Part shown: positions 13,129 through 25,989 of the stretch, piece after piece
Numbering within the stretch: the first letter of the stretch is position 1
Layout: each line of letters starts with the position of its first letter
Source: Leptogorgia sarmentosa
Lineage: Eukaryota
Assembly: GCA_964658305.1 (NCBI GenBank)
Contig: OZ210885.1
Location: 15,190,001-15,254,000 of the forward strand
Length of the DNA stretch: 64,000 bases
Direction: 5' to 3'
Program-made: the position numbers and the translations under genes
Notes under the pieces: generated by a model
What the model saw: the letters and a program-made list of their open reading frames with translations, nothing else
Told to the model about the DNA's origin: nothing
Databases searched by the model: none

Positions 13129-16100
13129 ATTCTCAACACTCGTAATGATATGCGAAAATGGATTAGATACAAACAACACTGTATATGGGGTTAATGAATA
13201 ATAAGTAATCATGTAAATGATTATTAAAGCTATAAAAGGCCGGTACACTTGATTTCTGGCTCAATTCAGTTAAAGTCGGCGACCGAAAAGTGAGAGGTGA
13301 GAGAAAGACGAGAAGAAAGAAGCGCTGACAACCGCACAAATTTTCTGCAACTTGGGACGACCGAAGCCGGAGCAGAAGATATTCAATTCCCTCGAGACGT
13401 TAATCCAGAGCCTGAGGCAGCAATCCCGCCTCAGCAACCACCACAACCACCAGCGGAACAGCCACAAGTGGCACCACCTCATGTCCCTGCTGAGAATGAG
13501 TTAGAGGTATAACTTACATTCATTTCTTTATTGTTTAGCGATGTATTTGTGCACGGGTTGAAGAAGTGTTAGGAAATAGCTTTTCGATCTCCGCTATTCA
13601 GTTTTCTTTGTCCCCCACAGCGGTTTAGCTTCACTGCGTTTACTGTTTGTGAATTTATTCTTGCATGTGGATTATCCCCGTATTGTTTTTCATCAGTTTA
13701 TATATATCATACTGTCTTGTTTCCCTCGTGGTTGGGGTCCAATTATTCATTCCCAATTGCTGGTAACAGCGATATTATACATTCGTTATCACATTTGTCG
13801 AAATCACGGCCAGATCATTGACGGTAGGCTTGAGTGATTTCGGTGTTCTCGGCCGCGTGGTTGCATTAGATCTGTTTATAATTCTTTTCCATACAAATTG
13901 TACTACCTATTGTCTTCTATGGCTCACCGTGGTCTCAGCAATTGTCTTAAGTGGCGGTGAGCTCTACGTGGGCCTCTGCCTTACGTGGCGTTGAGCTCTA
14001 CGTGAGCGTTTGCCTTGAGTGGCTGGAGCTCTATGTGAGCGTCTGCCTTGAGTGGCGTTGAGCTCTACGTGAGCGTCTGCCTTGAGTGGCTGGAGCTCTA
14101 TGTGAGCGTCTGCCTTGAGTGGCGTTGAGCTCCATGTGAGCGTTTGCCTTGAGTGGCTGGAGCTCTATGTGAGCGTTTGCCTTGAGTGGCGTTGAGCTCT
14201 ACGTGAGCGTTTGCCTTGAGTGGCTGGAGCTCTATGTGAGCGTCTGCCTTATGTGGCATTGAGTTTTATGTGAGCATTTGCTTTCAGTGGCATTGACTTT
14301 TAGGTTAGCTTTTGCTGTTAGTGCTATTGCGTTCTGTGGGAATACTTATATGTGTTATTTAATTTTCGGCTTCAGTTGATGTCTGATGTCTCATGATTGT
14401 TTTGTTTTAGGTATTAAAAAAGGAATTCGATAAGATTAAAAAGACGATGGAGGCGTTTTCTAAGCCCACAGTTGAGGCCCTTCACCGCAAAATTTTGGCG
14501 GTTGCCTCTCGGCCGTTGGTGGAGTTTAATCGTTACGAAGTCTTGGAGCTGTTGGATTCTTTACGTCAGACCGCTCATGATTTGAAACATGAAAAGTACC
14601 CGTATTACCGGGTTGTTTATCATATGTTAAGCGAGAAAGTGCATGGCTCCACCGCCTATTTCCGGGAGGTACTTCTGTCCCTGTTGGGGGACAAAGAGCA
14701 AGAGAAGGTGATGAAACGTGTCAGTAAGGTCGACAAAAGATATGCTCGGTGGAGGGATACCGAGAATCCCCGATTGGAGAAACGATGGCGCCCTTCTTCA
14801 CCAGATCAGTGTTTATTTCTATTGTCGCCGACCAGATCATTTTCAAGCGCAGTGTTTTAAGAAAAAACGAGATGACCAGCAGCGTCAGCGTAACATACAG
14901 GCTGGTCCAGTTGCATCTACGGACTCTAATAAAACTGTGTAGTCACCACTTAGGGTATAATCAAGTAGAACGCTTCGGTTATGGTATTGATGTCTACTTT
15001 AAATGACTGATTCATATGTGTGTAATTTGGGTTTAAATGCAGCGATTAAATGTTATTCAGCGCATTGTGTTGCTTTGGGTATCTATAGTAAAAGGGAAAT
15101 CCATTCATTTTAGGTCAATGGGAGTTGATGGTTTTGAAACAGAGTTTCTAACATACTCTCCTGGCTAGGCCAGGTCATAACTGTCATCTCTCCGCTGGCT
15201 CTGTTGGGTTCCGCACATGCATGTTTCCTTTTGTTTCTTTAGGATCGGCTCTTCAGTATTTATGACTGGGAGCGTGATCAGGATTTTGATCGGCATATTT
15301 TAGCTGCCTCTCGATATTTTAGGAACACCAACCCACCTGTTAAGTGGGTCGACAATATGGGAGCCCAGTACAGGCTAGCAGAGAGGTGACGTTAAGTGAG
15401 GAAGATCTGGCAACGGTTATCAGTGGACAATCGTTGGGTGATCCAGCCTCTTTGACTTTCCGGGACCCCGCCTCGTTTCGGGCTGGCAAATTGCATGCCC
15501 ACACTGAATACTGGGAAGCAATCGTTGGCGGTTCTCCATCTGTTAAGCAAGCTGAAGTCTTAGAATGGTTAAGCAATCACGTGTCAGTATTCCCGCATTT
15601 CCAATTATCGGGGACGTTATAAAGGGGTCACTTACGACTCTGACCGACTGCCTCCTTGGCGCTCTCCTAATAACGTATCGTGTCGGCCATTTGCTGACTT
15701 TGTTCGTTCCACTTTGATCGATCATGTTCGTAATGGGGCTGTTTCTCTGCTCGGGCGAGTTGGCGAAGTGGATCTGCCCCATTTGATCCATCCTTTGACG
15801 GAGGAACCGACTAAACCCCGCTTGTGTTATGATGCTCGATTTTTTAAACTTGTGGATTACAGATAATCATGGGCCAAGGTCAAAGTCCCAGAAATCTTAC
15901 GTTTTCCAAATGATGATGGCCTATTGTTTAATCATGTTTGGGGTAAAACGTTCCGCGATGGCGATCAAAATGTATTTGAATACGCCGCAATCCAAACCTC
16001 ACTATTTGTCCCGTGGCCGGTATTGAGAGGTACTCGCTCATGCGCGAGATATGGGGGTCGATCTAACTACGGGTTATCTGTTTCGTCCGACTACTCCCAA

Positions 16101-16970
16101 CGGTGGGGTTAAGAATGTGCCTCTCACATCGTCGGCAGCTGAAGCTCGCTTGAAGTTGTATTTAGAAGACATGGGTGCAGATGATGGTGAGACTTTACAT
16201 GGTTTCCGCTCCGGGTGTGCCATCACTTTGGCGTTGTCAGCGGCGCGGAATTGTCGGAGATCATGGATCATGTTGGGTGGAATCGTCGTCATATGGCGCT
16301 CCATTATCTCCAGTTGGCGAAAGTCCTAAACCCAATGGGTGCATCAGCCAAACTGGCTTCTCCCAAAATTATGGATGTTTCTCCCGATTGGACGGAGCTT
16401 AATCAGTTAAAACGTTTTGTTGTGCATTTCCTGCCTCTTCCTCTTTTTCGCATTAGGATATTGCTTAGGGGTGGGGAGGATTGGGAGATAAGGACTGGGG
16501 GATAAGGTATGGGTGTGACAAGGGTGTTAAAGGTTTGGTTATTTGAGAGTATTGTGGAGAAGAAGGGAACATATGGAGTCCCGCTGACTAATATTTGCCA
16601 ATACCTAATCAATTGAGCTGGAATTCGAGTGTTGGGAAATAGAATACTATTCTCAACACTCGTTATGATATGCGAAAATGGATTAGATACAAACAACACT
16701 GTATATGGGGTTAATGAATAATAAGTAATCATGTAAATGATTATTAAAGCTATAAAAGGCCGGTACACTTGATTTCTGGCTCAATTCAGTTAAAGTCGGT
16801 GACTGAAAAGTGAGAGGTGAGAGAAAGACGAGAAACCCACCCGCCCACCCACAGAAAATTCGTGCGGTTCCTCCACGCGAAGTTCGTTTCACTCACTTCG
16901 GCCCGCTGACTAATATTTGCCAATACCTAATCAATTGAGCTGGAATTCGAGTGTTGGGAAATAGAATACT
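13127..16970 (+). mobile_element. Split-direct-repeat (Ngaro/PAT-like) YR retrotransposon, internally deleted, inserted in the YR gene of DIRS-1
   Basis: Repeat A1 13127-13314 matches A2 16647-16834; B1 16580-16648 matches B2 16902-16970; order is A1...B1A2..B2. Contains gag with a CCHC remnant (CRRPDHFQAQC), pol N-terminus (FRAGKLH, EPTKPRLCYDARF) and YR C-terminus (TLHGFRSG, IMDHVGW..HY). Removing it restores the host YR WNC-FCCWCD. Confidence 0.88.
13950..14295 (+). repeat. Minisatellite with alternating 34/33-bp units (about 10 copies)
   Basis: GAGCTCTAYGTGAGCGTYTGCCTTGAGTGGC(GTT/TG) units starting at 13959, 13993, 14026, 14060, 14093, 14127, 14160, 14194, 14227, 14261. Confidence 0.95.
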
Positions 16971-17828
16971 TTTGTTGCTGGTGTGATACAAAACAAAAAG
17001 ATCCTCTTCAGGCGTCTATAGGAGCTGTGTGTGATTTCTTGACAGATCAGTTTGATGTACATAAAAAGTCTTACTCCACTATTAATTCTTACCGATCAGC
17101 CTTGTCCTCAATGCTACCGCCGGTCGATGGGACATTGTTGGGGGAACATCCCATTGTGGGGCGGCTGTTGAAGGGAATGTTCGTTTCCCGACCTCCCCAA
17201 CCGAAATACACATCAACTTGGGACGTTAATGTTCTGCTGGATAAACTAGCAACGCTACACCCCAACAAGAGTCTGACGCAAAAACAACTTACATTAAAGA
17301 CTGTTGCGTTAACCGCTTTGGTCTCGGCTCAACGAAGTCAATCATTAGCCGCGTTATCGCTGGACTCTATGCAACGCATGCCAGATGAATATCGCTTTTC
17401 TATCACCGATACTCTCAAAACATCACGGCCAGGAAAATTTCCACTGGTGATGGCTTTTCCTGTTTTTCCTCACAATTGCAAGTTATGTGTTTATGTGTGT
17501 ATTGCACAATATATACAGGTGACATCCAGAATTCGAGAGTCAATTCCAACTCAAAGGCTATTTGTTTCCTTTGGAAAGCCTTACAAGGCCGTTGGTGCTT
17601 CTACGATTTCTCGTTGGCTGAAACTGGCCCTAGAGGATGCAGGAATTGATACATCGCTCTTTACTGGCCACAGTTATCGGGCGGCGTCGACCTCGAAAGC
17701 CAATAACCTGGGGGTGTCCCTCGACGTCATTCTTAAAATGGCGGATTGGACGCACTCTGTTTCGTACGTTTTATAAGAAGGATGTTAGTAAAACAGATAC
17801 GTATGCAAGAACTGTTCTGTCTACTTAG
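16971..17828 (+). pseudogene. DIRS-1 tyrosine recombinase, 3' portion
   Basis: SYSTINSYRSALS, LVSAQRSQ, STISRWLK, GHSYRAASTS, ADW..FRTFY with a late frameshift. Confidence 0.9.
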
Positions 17829-18029
17829 TGTGTTAGAGTGACTCGCATGTTCATGTCAGGTCTGCGTGATCTCATTAAAACTACTCAATTCAATTCGACT
17901 GTATTGTAGTGGTGTCATGTGCGGATGGGGATGTTGTATGTATCATGTAATATTATGCGATTCATGTTCATGTTCTATATCAATTGATGTTTTGTAATCT
18001 CTATCCTAAACTATTACAAAATGAAAGAA

Positions 18030-18927
18030 TAACAGCTAAGTATATTTCTCTTGATAGAAAATTTGCAAAAAATCAATACTTGTTCAAATTTCAATCCAAA
18101 CTCTGACTCCAATCCAAGCTCAAATTCCTACTCGAGCTCAAGCTCTGATCCATGCTCAAGTTTCTATCAAAGCTCCACATCAACAATCGCTAAAGTCAAG
18201 TCCTTTTCGCAATACCGAAAGTTGAAAGGAACTGAGTGGAACAAGAGGTAAAAGAATTGCACTGAGAGTATCCAACCAAGCACCACATGCTGAAATACGT
18301 TCCCAGGCCTTATCGAAGTGGAAAGCATATCAAAGTAAAATTTATGAAGAAGAAAAAGAATACTCTTTAGCTTATGAAGATGGAAGCCGAGCTTTGTTCC
18401 TGCCTGGTACAAAAGAATTCTTCACTCTTAAGCGTTATAAAGAGGAAACAGGGAAAGACTATAAACGAATTGTTTTGTATTTATGCAGCAACGATGATGT
18501 GGCAAAGGGTGAAAGTTTCGATGATAGCTCAAATGATGATTCTGATGACCAATGTTCAGAGCATTCCAGAAAAAGAACGAGGTTGCAGATAGACGACGAA
18601 AAGGTTGCTATGGATTTGCAGTCACAATTCAACGAGCTTGACGATACTTTTAACACTTGGAGTGATGATAATTTTCTACCTCTTGCAGAAACTGAAACTA
18701 AAACACAACAAGATGAAGGCGATTCCCCGAACTGCAAAATCCAAAGTGAGTCTGGACGCACACAAGATAAAGCTGAAATACAGCAAAACGATTGCTCAGA
18801 TGTTCAAGACGGCTCTGCTACAAGCACACGCGATAAAGTCACTTATAAAAGTAGCTCTAAAGTAGTTGAAAAACTGGAAGCGCTCGTTGACCACTTCAAC
18901 CAGTTTTTTATCGTTATCAGGAGAGGA
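18030..18927 (+). pseudogene. Degenerate uncharacterised gene fragment, truncated by the Penelope element
   Basis: FLPGTKEFFTLKRYKEETGKDYKRIVLYLC ... FFIVIRRG. Resembles N-termini of repeat-associated HECT-like invertebrate proteins (recollection, not searched). Confidence 0.4.
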
Positions 18928-19597
18928 AGTGCAGGATCAAGAAAAGAGATCAGTAACAAACAATCCACATATCAGAACATGGAACAGATACGTAGACGAT
19001 GTCTTTGCTATCATTAAGAAAGATAAAACTGACAACGTTTTGAACTACATCAACAACACCTTAGACAACATTAAATTCACAAAGGAAGAAGAACATGAAA
19101 ACCAACTTGCTTTCCTTGACGTTTTATTAACAAGAACTAACGACGGCACAATTAACACACAAGTCTACCGTAAAAAGGCACACACTGATCAAATACTCAA
19201 CTTCAATAGTAACCACCCTACCCAACACAAAATAAGTTGCATAAGAACTCTATTTAACCGTATTAACACACACTGCAACACAAAACAAGCAAAACAGAGC
19301 TCAGGTATCTCTATTCAACTTTCATGAAGAACAACTATCCTAAGAACTTCATTAACAAAGTATTAAACAAAATACGCAACCAACGACAGATTAACAAATC
19401 TGAAGAAGAACCTGAACAACGAAACACGACAATAACTTTACCTTACATAAACAGCACATCTGAAATGACAGCAAGACTACTCCGACCATTTAATATCAAC
19501 ATAGCGCACAAACCAACACATAAACCCAGATCACATTTCACAAAACACAAAGACAAAACAACCACAACTGAAACAAAAAATGCCATATACATGATAC

Positions 19598-22500
19598 TGT
19601 TGCGTGCTATTAAGAGTAATTATGTATGTATATATTGTATTATTATTGTAATTATGGTGTGAAATCCTGGTGTGTAACTTGTATATAAGGAAGCAAAATA
19701 AAAAGTTTTGGGAGTGTGTCTCTGAAAGTTTTGTAAAACGTTGCGTTGAAACAGGAGGGCTAAGCGAGATATAACATTTGGCGACCCCGCTAGGATCGTG
19801 TTAATAGACAGTATTGTTGTACCAGTCGTTTTGAAATGTCGGTACACAGCGATAATGATATTGAAATAGGCGTTTGAGTAGGTAGAGGCGATGAATATCC
19901 ACGGGATGTCGATGTGGACGATGATTTAGCTTGGATGGAACCAATCTATCAAAAGTTCGATGAGCTGCAAGCGACAGTTAACGAACAGAGAGTAGCACAA
20001 TCGAAGGAAGCGGAACGGGCTGAAATACATCGTGTTCTAGTCGAAGATAAATTGAGCGATGTGTGTGTGCGATTAGATAAAGTAGAGTCGTTAACTGTTG
20101 AATTCGAGAAACGTTTAAATGCATTAGAAAGTCGTACACGTATGTGGGAATCGTTAGAAGAAAGGTATCAGACAGTGCTAACCGAACTTCTTACAGAAGT
20201 GAGTCGCGAAATGCAGGACAAATTTGAACAAGATACTGAATTTCTCAAGCGTGAAATTGCACAACAGCAAAGTGATTAGCATATATTGAAAAGCGTATAT
20301 ATTCGGAGTCCAAACCAAACAGTCACAGTATGTTAGAACTGGAGGAGCTTCCCCTGAAACGCCTGTCGACAGTCGTCGGAGATTACCGAGTTTACCGAGA
20401 ATTAATTCTACCGCCGTAGACGGAAAGACAGCTACAGAAACGTCGCAACCAGTACAACGACCAGGAACGTATAACAGAGATTCTCTTTGGGAGTCATATC
20501 ACACACAGTTTGAGATCACGGCAGAATTAAATGGCTGGAATGAGCAGCAAAAAGCGGCGTATTTGGCGACGAGCCTTAAAGGACCAGCGTTGAATATCTT
20601 GGGAATCGATCCTGCTGATCGCCGTCAAAATTATGGAGAATTGGTGGCTGCGTTAGAAACCCGGTATGGTTCGACACATGGGACGGAGTTGGCACGTGTC
20701 CGTTTTAAGCATCGAGTTAAGCAGAAAGATGAAAGCCTGGCAGCGATGGCTGAAGACCTTAAAAGGCTGGGTAGATTGGCTTACCCGGACGCACCTGGTA
20801 ACCTGCAGAATGTGTTGAGTCGTGATCAGTTTATTGATGGACTCCCAGACGCTGATATGCGATTGAGGGTGAAGCAAGAAAGACCACAATCGTTACAACG
20901 TGCCCTAGAACTGGCAATGGAACTAGAGTCTTTCCAGTTAGCGAGCAATCAACGACAATACAGGATGGCTCGGGAAACGAAATTCGAAGACAGTCGAGCG
21001 GGTCAACAATTGGAGCCAAAGGAGGAGAAAGAAGTCCAGCCGTTGTATGCAGTATTAGAACGCCTTGAAAAGTCGTTACGAGAATGCGTGAATGACGTCA
21101 GAGTAGCAGCGGGTCGGCGTCGAAGACAAGGTAAGAAAGGGAAGAGTGGCTGTTGGAGATGTGGCAAACCCGGGCACCTCCGAAGAGATTGTCCTCAAAA
21201 TACACCACCTCGAAGTCCGAGAAAGTTGAAAGAAGATGAACAGTCGAAGAAAGAACAGAGCAAATCACCATTTCGAGATTCGGCAAAAGGGGAGAAGCTG
21301 ATGTTAGGGGGCGAACATCAGCAGGAACGATAGCTAAAGAGGCTCCGCCGTTCGTTTTAAAGACTGGAAACATGTCCTCATCGGTAGACAGCCTGCGAGT
21401 GAATGGAAAGATAGAAGGCATTCCTTGTCAACTCGTTATAGACACTGGATCGAACATTACGATAGTTAGACCGGACGTTATTGCTGGAACGGCTATAGAA
21501 CAAACGTCTTGGGTTCTTTGAAACAAGTCAAGAAGTATGGCTTGCCGAAATAGCAGACCCATGTATTATTGGTTTAGACTTTCTAATGGCACATGACTGT
21601 CATGTAGACATAGCCGGCGATACTGTGCGCATTGGGTCACAGGAAATTCCATTGGTTCGGGCGTCTACCAAAGGGGAGAAGAGATGCTGTAGAGTGGTTG
21701 CTGCGGAGACAGTAGTTATTCCTGCCAGAAGTGAGTTTCTGATTCCTGGAAAACTAGATGAAGAAGTATCTTCAACATGGGGAACGGTTGGTCCTGCACA
21801 GAAATTAAACCAACTGCAGAATGTGTTAGTTGGAGGAACACTTGTTGATTTGAGATCAGCGGATGACGTTCCAGTTCGAGTCATGAACGTTTCTAATCAG
21901 TCGAGAAGAGTGAGGAAGGGAATGGAAGTAGCAAGTGTTGAGCCTGTGGAATGTGTTGTTGGTGCAGAACAAGGAAATAAACAATCCGAAAAGAACGCAA
22001 GTTTGAGCGAAGAGAAGTCAAACATTCCCATGCATCTACAGGACTTATTTGAGCGCAGCAAAAGTAATCTAGATGATGTTCAGCAAAACCAGTTGAAAGA
22101 TCTTTTGGTGGAATTCCAGGATGTCTTTTCCAAAAACGACAGTGATTTAGGACGGACAGGATTAACGAAGCACAAGATTGACGTTGGAAATAGCTCGCCT
22201 ATACAACAACCAACGAGAGTCACACCAATGGCGAGGAGAGAAGAAACTGCAAACGCGATTCGACTAATGAGAGAACAGGGTATTATAGAACCTTCGCACA
22301 GTCCTTGGGCGTCACCAGTAGTGTTGGTACGCAAGAAGGATGGAGGCACTCGCTTCTGCGTAGATTATAGGAAGCTGAACGCTATAACCAAGAAAGATTC
22401 CTACCCCCTTCCCCGAGTGGACACCTCTTTACAATCATTTTACGGATCAATGTGGTTTTCCACCTTAGACCTTAAGAGTGGCTATTGGCAAGCGGAAATT

Positions 22501-25284
22501 GATGCCGAAGATAAGGAGAAAACAGCGTTTACCACCGGGCAAGGCCTTTGGCAATTTCTCGTCATGCCGTTTGGTTTAAGTAACGCTCCCGCAACCTTCA
22601 AACGGCTTATGGAGCAGGTGCTAGTTGGACTGCCATGGACAACATGCTTAGTATATCTTGATGATATAATTGTGCACGCACAGTCCTTTCAGGATGAACT
22701 CGATCGTCTTTGAGAAATATTCAGTAGGTTACGGGGCGCTAACCTGAAATTGAACGCGAAGAAGTGTGCTTACTCTTTCAAGGACAAGTGAACTACCTTG
22801 GACATAGAGTTAGCGGAGATGGTATTCAGACCGACCCAAGCAAGACTGAAGCGGTGGAAAAGTGGCCTATTCCCCGAAACGTGGCAGAAGTAAGATCATT
22901 TCTTGGATTTTGTTCGTATTACCGACGATTTGTAAAATCGTTTGCTCGAATAGCTTTCCCACTAAACCAACTATTGACTAAAGGAGTTCCGTTTGAATGG
23001 AGTGAAGAATGTCAGACCGCATTCGATATTTTAAAGGAACGTCTGACGTCGGCACCAGTACTCACATATCCCTGTCCGGGGGGAGTGTTTATTTTGGATA
23101 CAGACGCATCGAACACGGGATTGGGAGCTGTGCTATCACAAGTACAGGATGGTCAAGAGCGTGTTCTTGGTTACTTCAGTAGATCGTTGAGTAAAGCTGA
23201 AAAGAATTACTGCGTGACACGTAAAGAACTTCTCGCTCTTATTGCTGCAACCGAACATTTTAACTACTTCCTGTATGGACAAAAATTTGTAATCCGAACT
23301 GATCACTCGGCTTTATGTCATTCAGAAATGTACAAGGTCAGCTTGCACGTTGGTTACAAAAGCTGCAGCAATATGACTTTGATGTAATTCACCGAGCAGG
23401 GAAAAATCACCTGAATGCTGATGCTTTGTCACGTCGACCTTGCTTATTATCCGGTTGCAGAGCCTGCCAAAAGCTCGATGAAGAAAATGCAACAGACCTA
23501 GTGACAACTGGAGAGAAACAGAACGTCCTTCAAACTTGTATTGCTACGTTGAACAAAGAAAACAGTCCCGCCCAGGAAAATATCCCGAAGTTTGGTGATA
23601 TTGAGAAATTTCAAAGACTGGATGAAGATCTCAGTGTAATTTTTGGTTGGATTGAGAGCCAGAATGGACGGCCTGATTGGTCTGTGGTAGCACCCTGCAG
23701 TAGAAATACAAAGATTTTATGGGCCCAATGGGATAGTTTACGAGTTCATGAAGGTTGCTTATATCGGTTGTGGGAAGGAATGACCGCAGCCGAGTCTCGT
23801 TATCAATGAATTATTCCAAAGAAACTTCGAGATGAAGTGTTGGCACAACTACACGGTACAGAAACATCTGGGCATTTCGGTGTTAGCAAGACGTTACAGC
23901 GACTAAAGCAGAGGTTTTATTGGCCTAGCTGTCGGTTTGATGTGAAGCAATGGTGTGAAAATTGTGACGAGTGTTCTGCGAAGAAGGGTCCACAGCGAAA
24001 GCCAAAGGGTCCTCTGAAATTGTATAATGTAGGAGCTCCAATGGAAAGAATTGCTGTAGATATAATGGGCCTGTTGCCTGTTACGAACCATGGTAACAGA
24101 TATCTATTAGTGGCAATGGACTATTTTACCAAGTGGCCAGAAGCCTATGCGGTGCCAGACCAGGAAGCTAAAACGGTGGCCACCGTCCTTGTACGAGAAT
24201 TCATATGCAGATTTGGTACACCATTAGAACTACATTCTGACCAGGGTCGTAATTTTGAGTCAGAATTGATCAAAGAAATGTGTGAAATTTTGGGAATCAA
24301 TAAAACAAGAACCACTCCTTACCATCCCCAATCCGATGGGATGGTTGAAAGATATAATCGTACGTTGGCTACCCAACTCTCTATGTTCGTGAATGAAAAC
24401 CACAGCGATTGGGATGAGCATTTACACACGGTGTTGATGGCATACAGAACGGCTGTTCACGAGTCAACGGGGCAGACGCCTGCAAGGTTGATGATGGGCC
24501 ATGAGTTGCGGATACCAGTCGACTTGATGTATGGACAACCACCGGAATGTGAGAACAACTATAGATCCAAGTTTGCGAAACAATTAACAGAAAGCTTGGA
24601 GTTAACTCATCAATTTGCACGAAACCGGCTTCGTTTATCAAGCGAGAGAATGAAAAGTCGAAAGTTTGCTTTGAAGTAGGAGACAATGTGTGGTTGTACA
24701 CCCCTCAGAAAAGGAAAGGTTTATCACCAAAATTCCAACGCTATTGGAAGGGACCGTTTACCGTAGTAAAGAGAATTAATGATCTTGTTTATAAACTTCA
24801 GTCGGGAGCCCGTAGTAAACCTACTACGGTTTGTGGAAATACATTGGACAACATCCTCAAACCTGGTTGAAAGTTTCAGGCCCAACCGAGTATGAAGTCC
24901 CAGTAGACCAACAACCCGAAATTAGTGAGGTTATTGAAAGACAACCTGTTGGTGGTTCAATGTCGCACGTGGAGCAAATACCAGAGGAAGAAATATTAGA
25001 GGAGTAAGAGACACAGACGACCCCCTGATAGATTAGAACTTGTTTAATTAGGAAGACTGTTGGAATGTCTTCGGGTCGAAGACATTTTGGAGGGGGGGGG
25101 GGTGATGTTGCGTGCTATTAAGAGTAATTATGTATGTATATATTGTATTATTATTGTAATTATGGTGTGAAATTTTGGTGTGTAACTTGTATATAAGGAA
25201 GCAAAATAAAAAGTTTTCGAAGTGTGTCTCTGAAAGTTTTGTAAAACGTTGCATTGAAACAGGAGGGCTAAGCGAGATATAACA
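19598..25284 (+). mobile_element. Ty3/Gypsy LTR retrotransposon A, full-length but disabled
   Basis: 179-bp LTRs TG..CA at 19598-19776 and 25106-25284 (5 mismatches). TSD ATAC. PBS TGGCGACCCC at 19779; G-rich PPT 25089-25102. Gag CCHC CWRCGKPGHLRRDC; protease IDTGS; RT YLDD; RNase H TDAS; integrase HSDQG..VER; GPF motif. Several stops and frameshifts. Confidence 0.97.
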
Positions 25285-25809
25285 ATACCTTGCAGAGACT
25301 GTCCACAACGATACATAGGTCAAACCTCAAAACAAATCCAAACACAAAGAACAGAACACAAAAACGCTATCAGACGATACAATCTTAGATCACTACCCGC
25401 AGCACATACATATGACAACTGTCATACATTCAACTGGACAGAAACCCAATTACTCGAACAAGCACAGACGAAACACGCATGTGAATTCAGAGAGGCATGG
25501 TACAGCACAGACGGTAACACAATTAATCGACATATTGACATTCCTGCAATCTATTTACAACTCAAGACAAAACGTAGGAACTCTACTAATGACGTTAATA
25601 TGACTAATACTAATAATACAAATTTCCTGATGTCCGAACCCACAACACAACAATCCAGTCATTCCAATAATGCCACACTCAATAACAATGTTCAATCAAC
25701 CATGACAACGCATCCTTCGACCTCCAAACAGCCAATCAGGCGATCCCAACGTATACAAGACCAAAAGCGCCAATCTTAAATATAATTATATACATGTAAT
25801 AATTCATAC

Positions 25810-25850
25810 ATTCTGAAGAAGGCTCGAAGTAACGAGTCGAAAGCTTAATA
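25810..25850 (+). ncRNA. Minimal hammerhead ribozyme in the Penelope 3' terminal region
   Basis: CTGAAGA-A-GGCTCG-AAGTAA-CGAGTC-GAAA-GCTTA: both cores, a 6-bp stem II with one G-U pair, and a palindromic AAGCTT stem III. Hammerheads are an established feature of Penelope elements. Confidence 0.75.
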
Positions 25851-25989
25851 AAATAACATTTCTCAATGCAGAGAACATTTTTTCAATATTAATATGCCTG
25901 GATTACAAATCTTTAATCGTATATAATATATATCTCTACATGATAAAACATAAATAAAAGTTTTAAAACTGTTTGCATAATTTGTGTAC

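Larger units (their letters stand above)
6172..17828 (+). mobile_element. DIRS-type YR retrotransposon 1 (gag, RT/RNase H, methyltransferase-like domain, YR); degenerate, with two nested insertions
   Basis: Gag RPANCESLKSPRVNPELW parallels the gag of the 50.6-kb DIRS and resumes at about 11102 (QSIRNIC). RT motifs PKKNGELRPVINLK, DLKDAYF, LPFGL, YPDD. RNase H TDASNLGWG..HINCLEL. IDLFAS..FPPF domain. YR AQRSQ..GHSYRAA. Termini not resolved. Confidence 0.85.
18928..25920 (+). mobile_element. 5'-truncated Penelope-like element (RT C-terminus plus GIY-YIG endonuclease), split by a Gypsy
   Basis: WNRYVDD, IKFTKEEE, LAFLDV, VYRKKAHT. The GIY-YIG reconstitutes as NAIYMI|PCRDCPQRYIGQT across the LTR insertion. 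Hammerhead and AATAAA at the 3' end. Confidence 0.9.

Noticed and set aside
13950..14295. CRISPR-like array
   Set aside because: Contiguous repeats without unique spacers; no cas genes; eukaryotic context.
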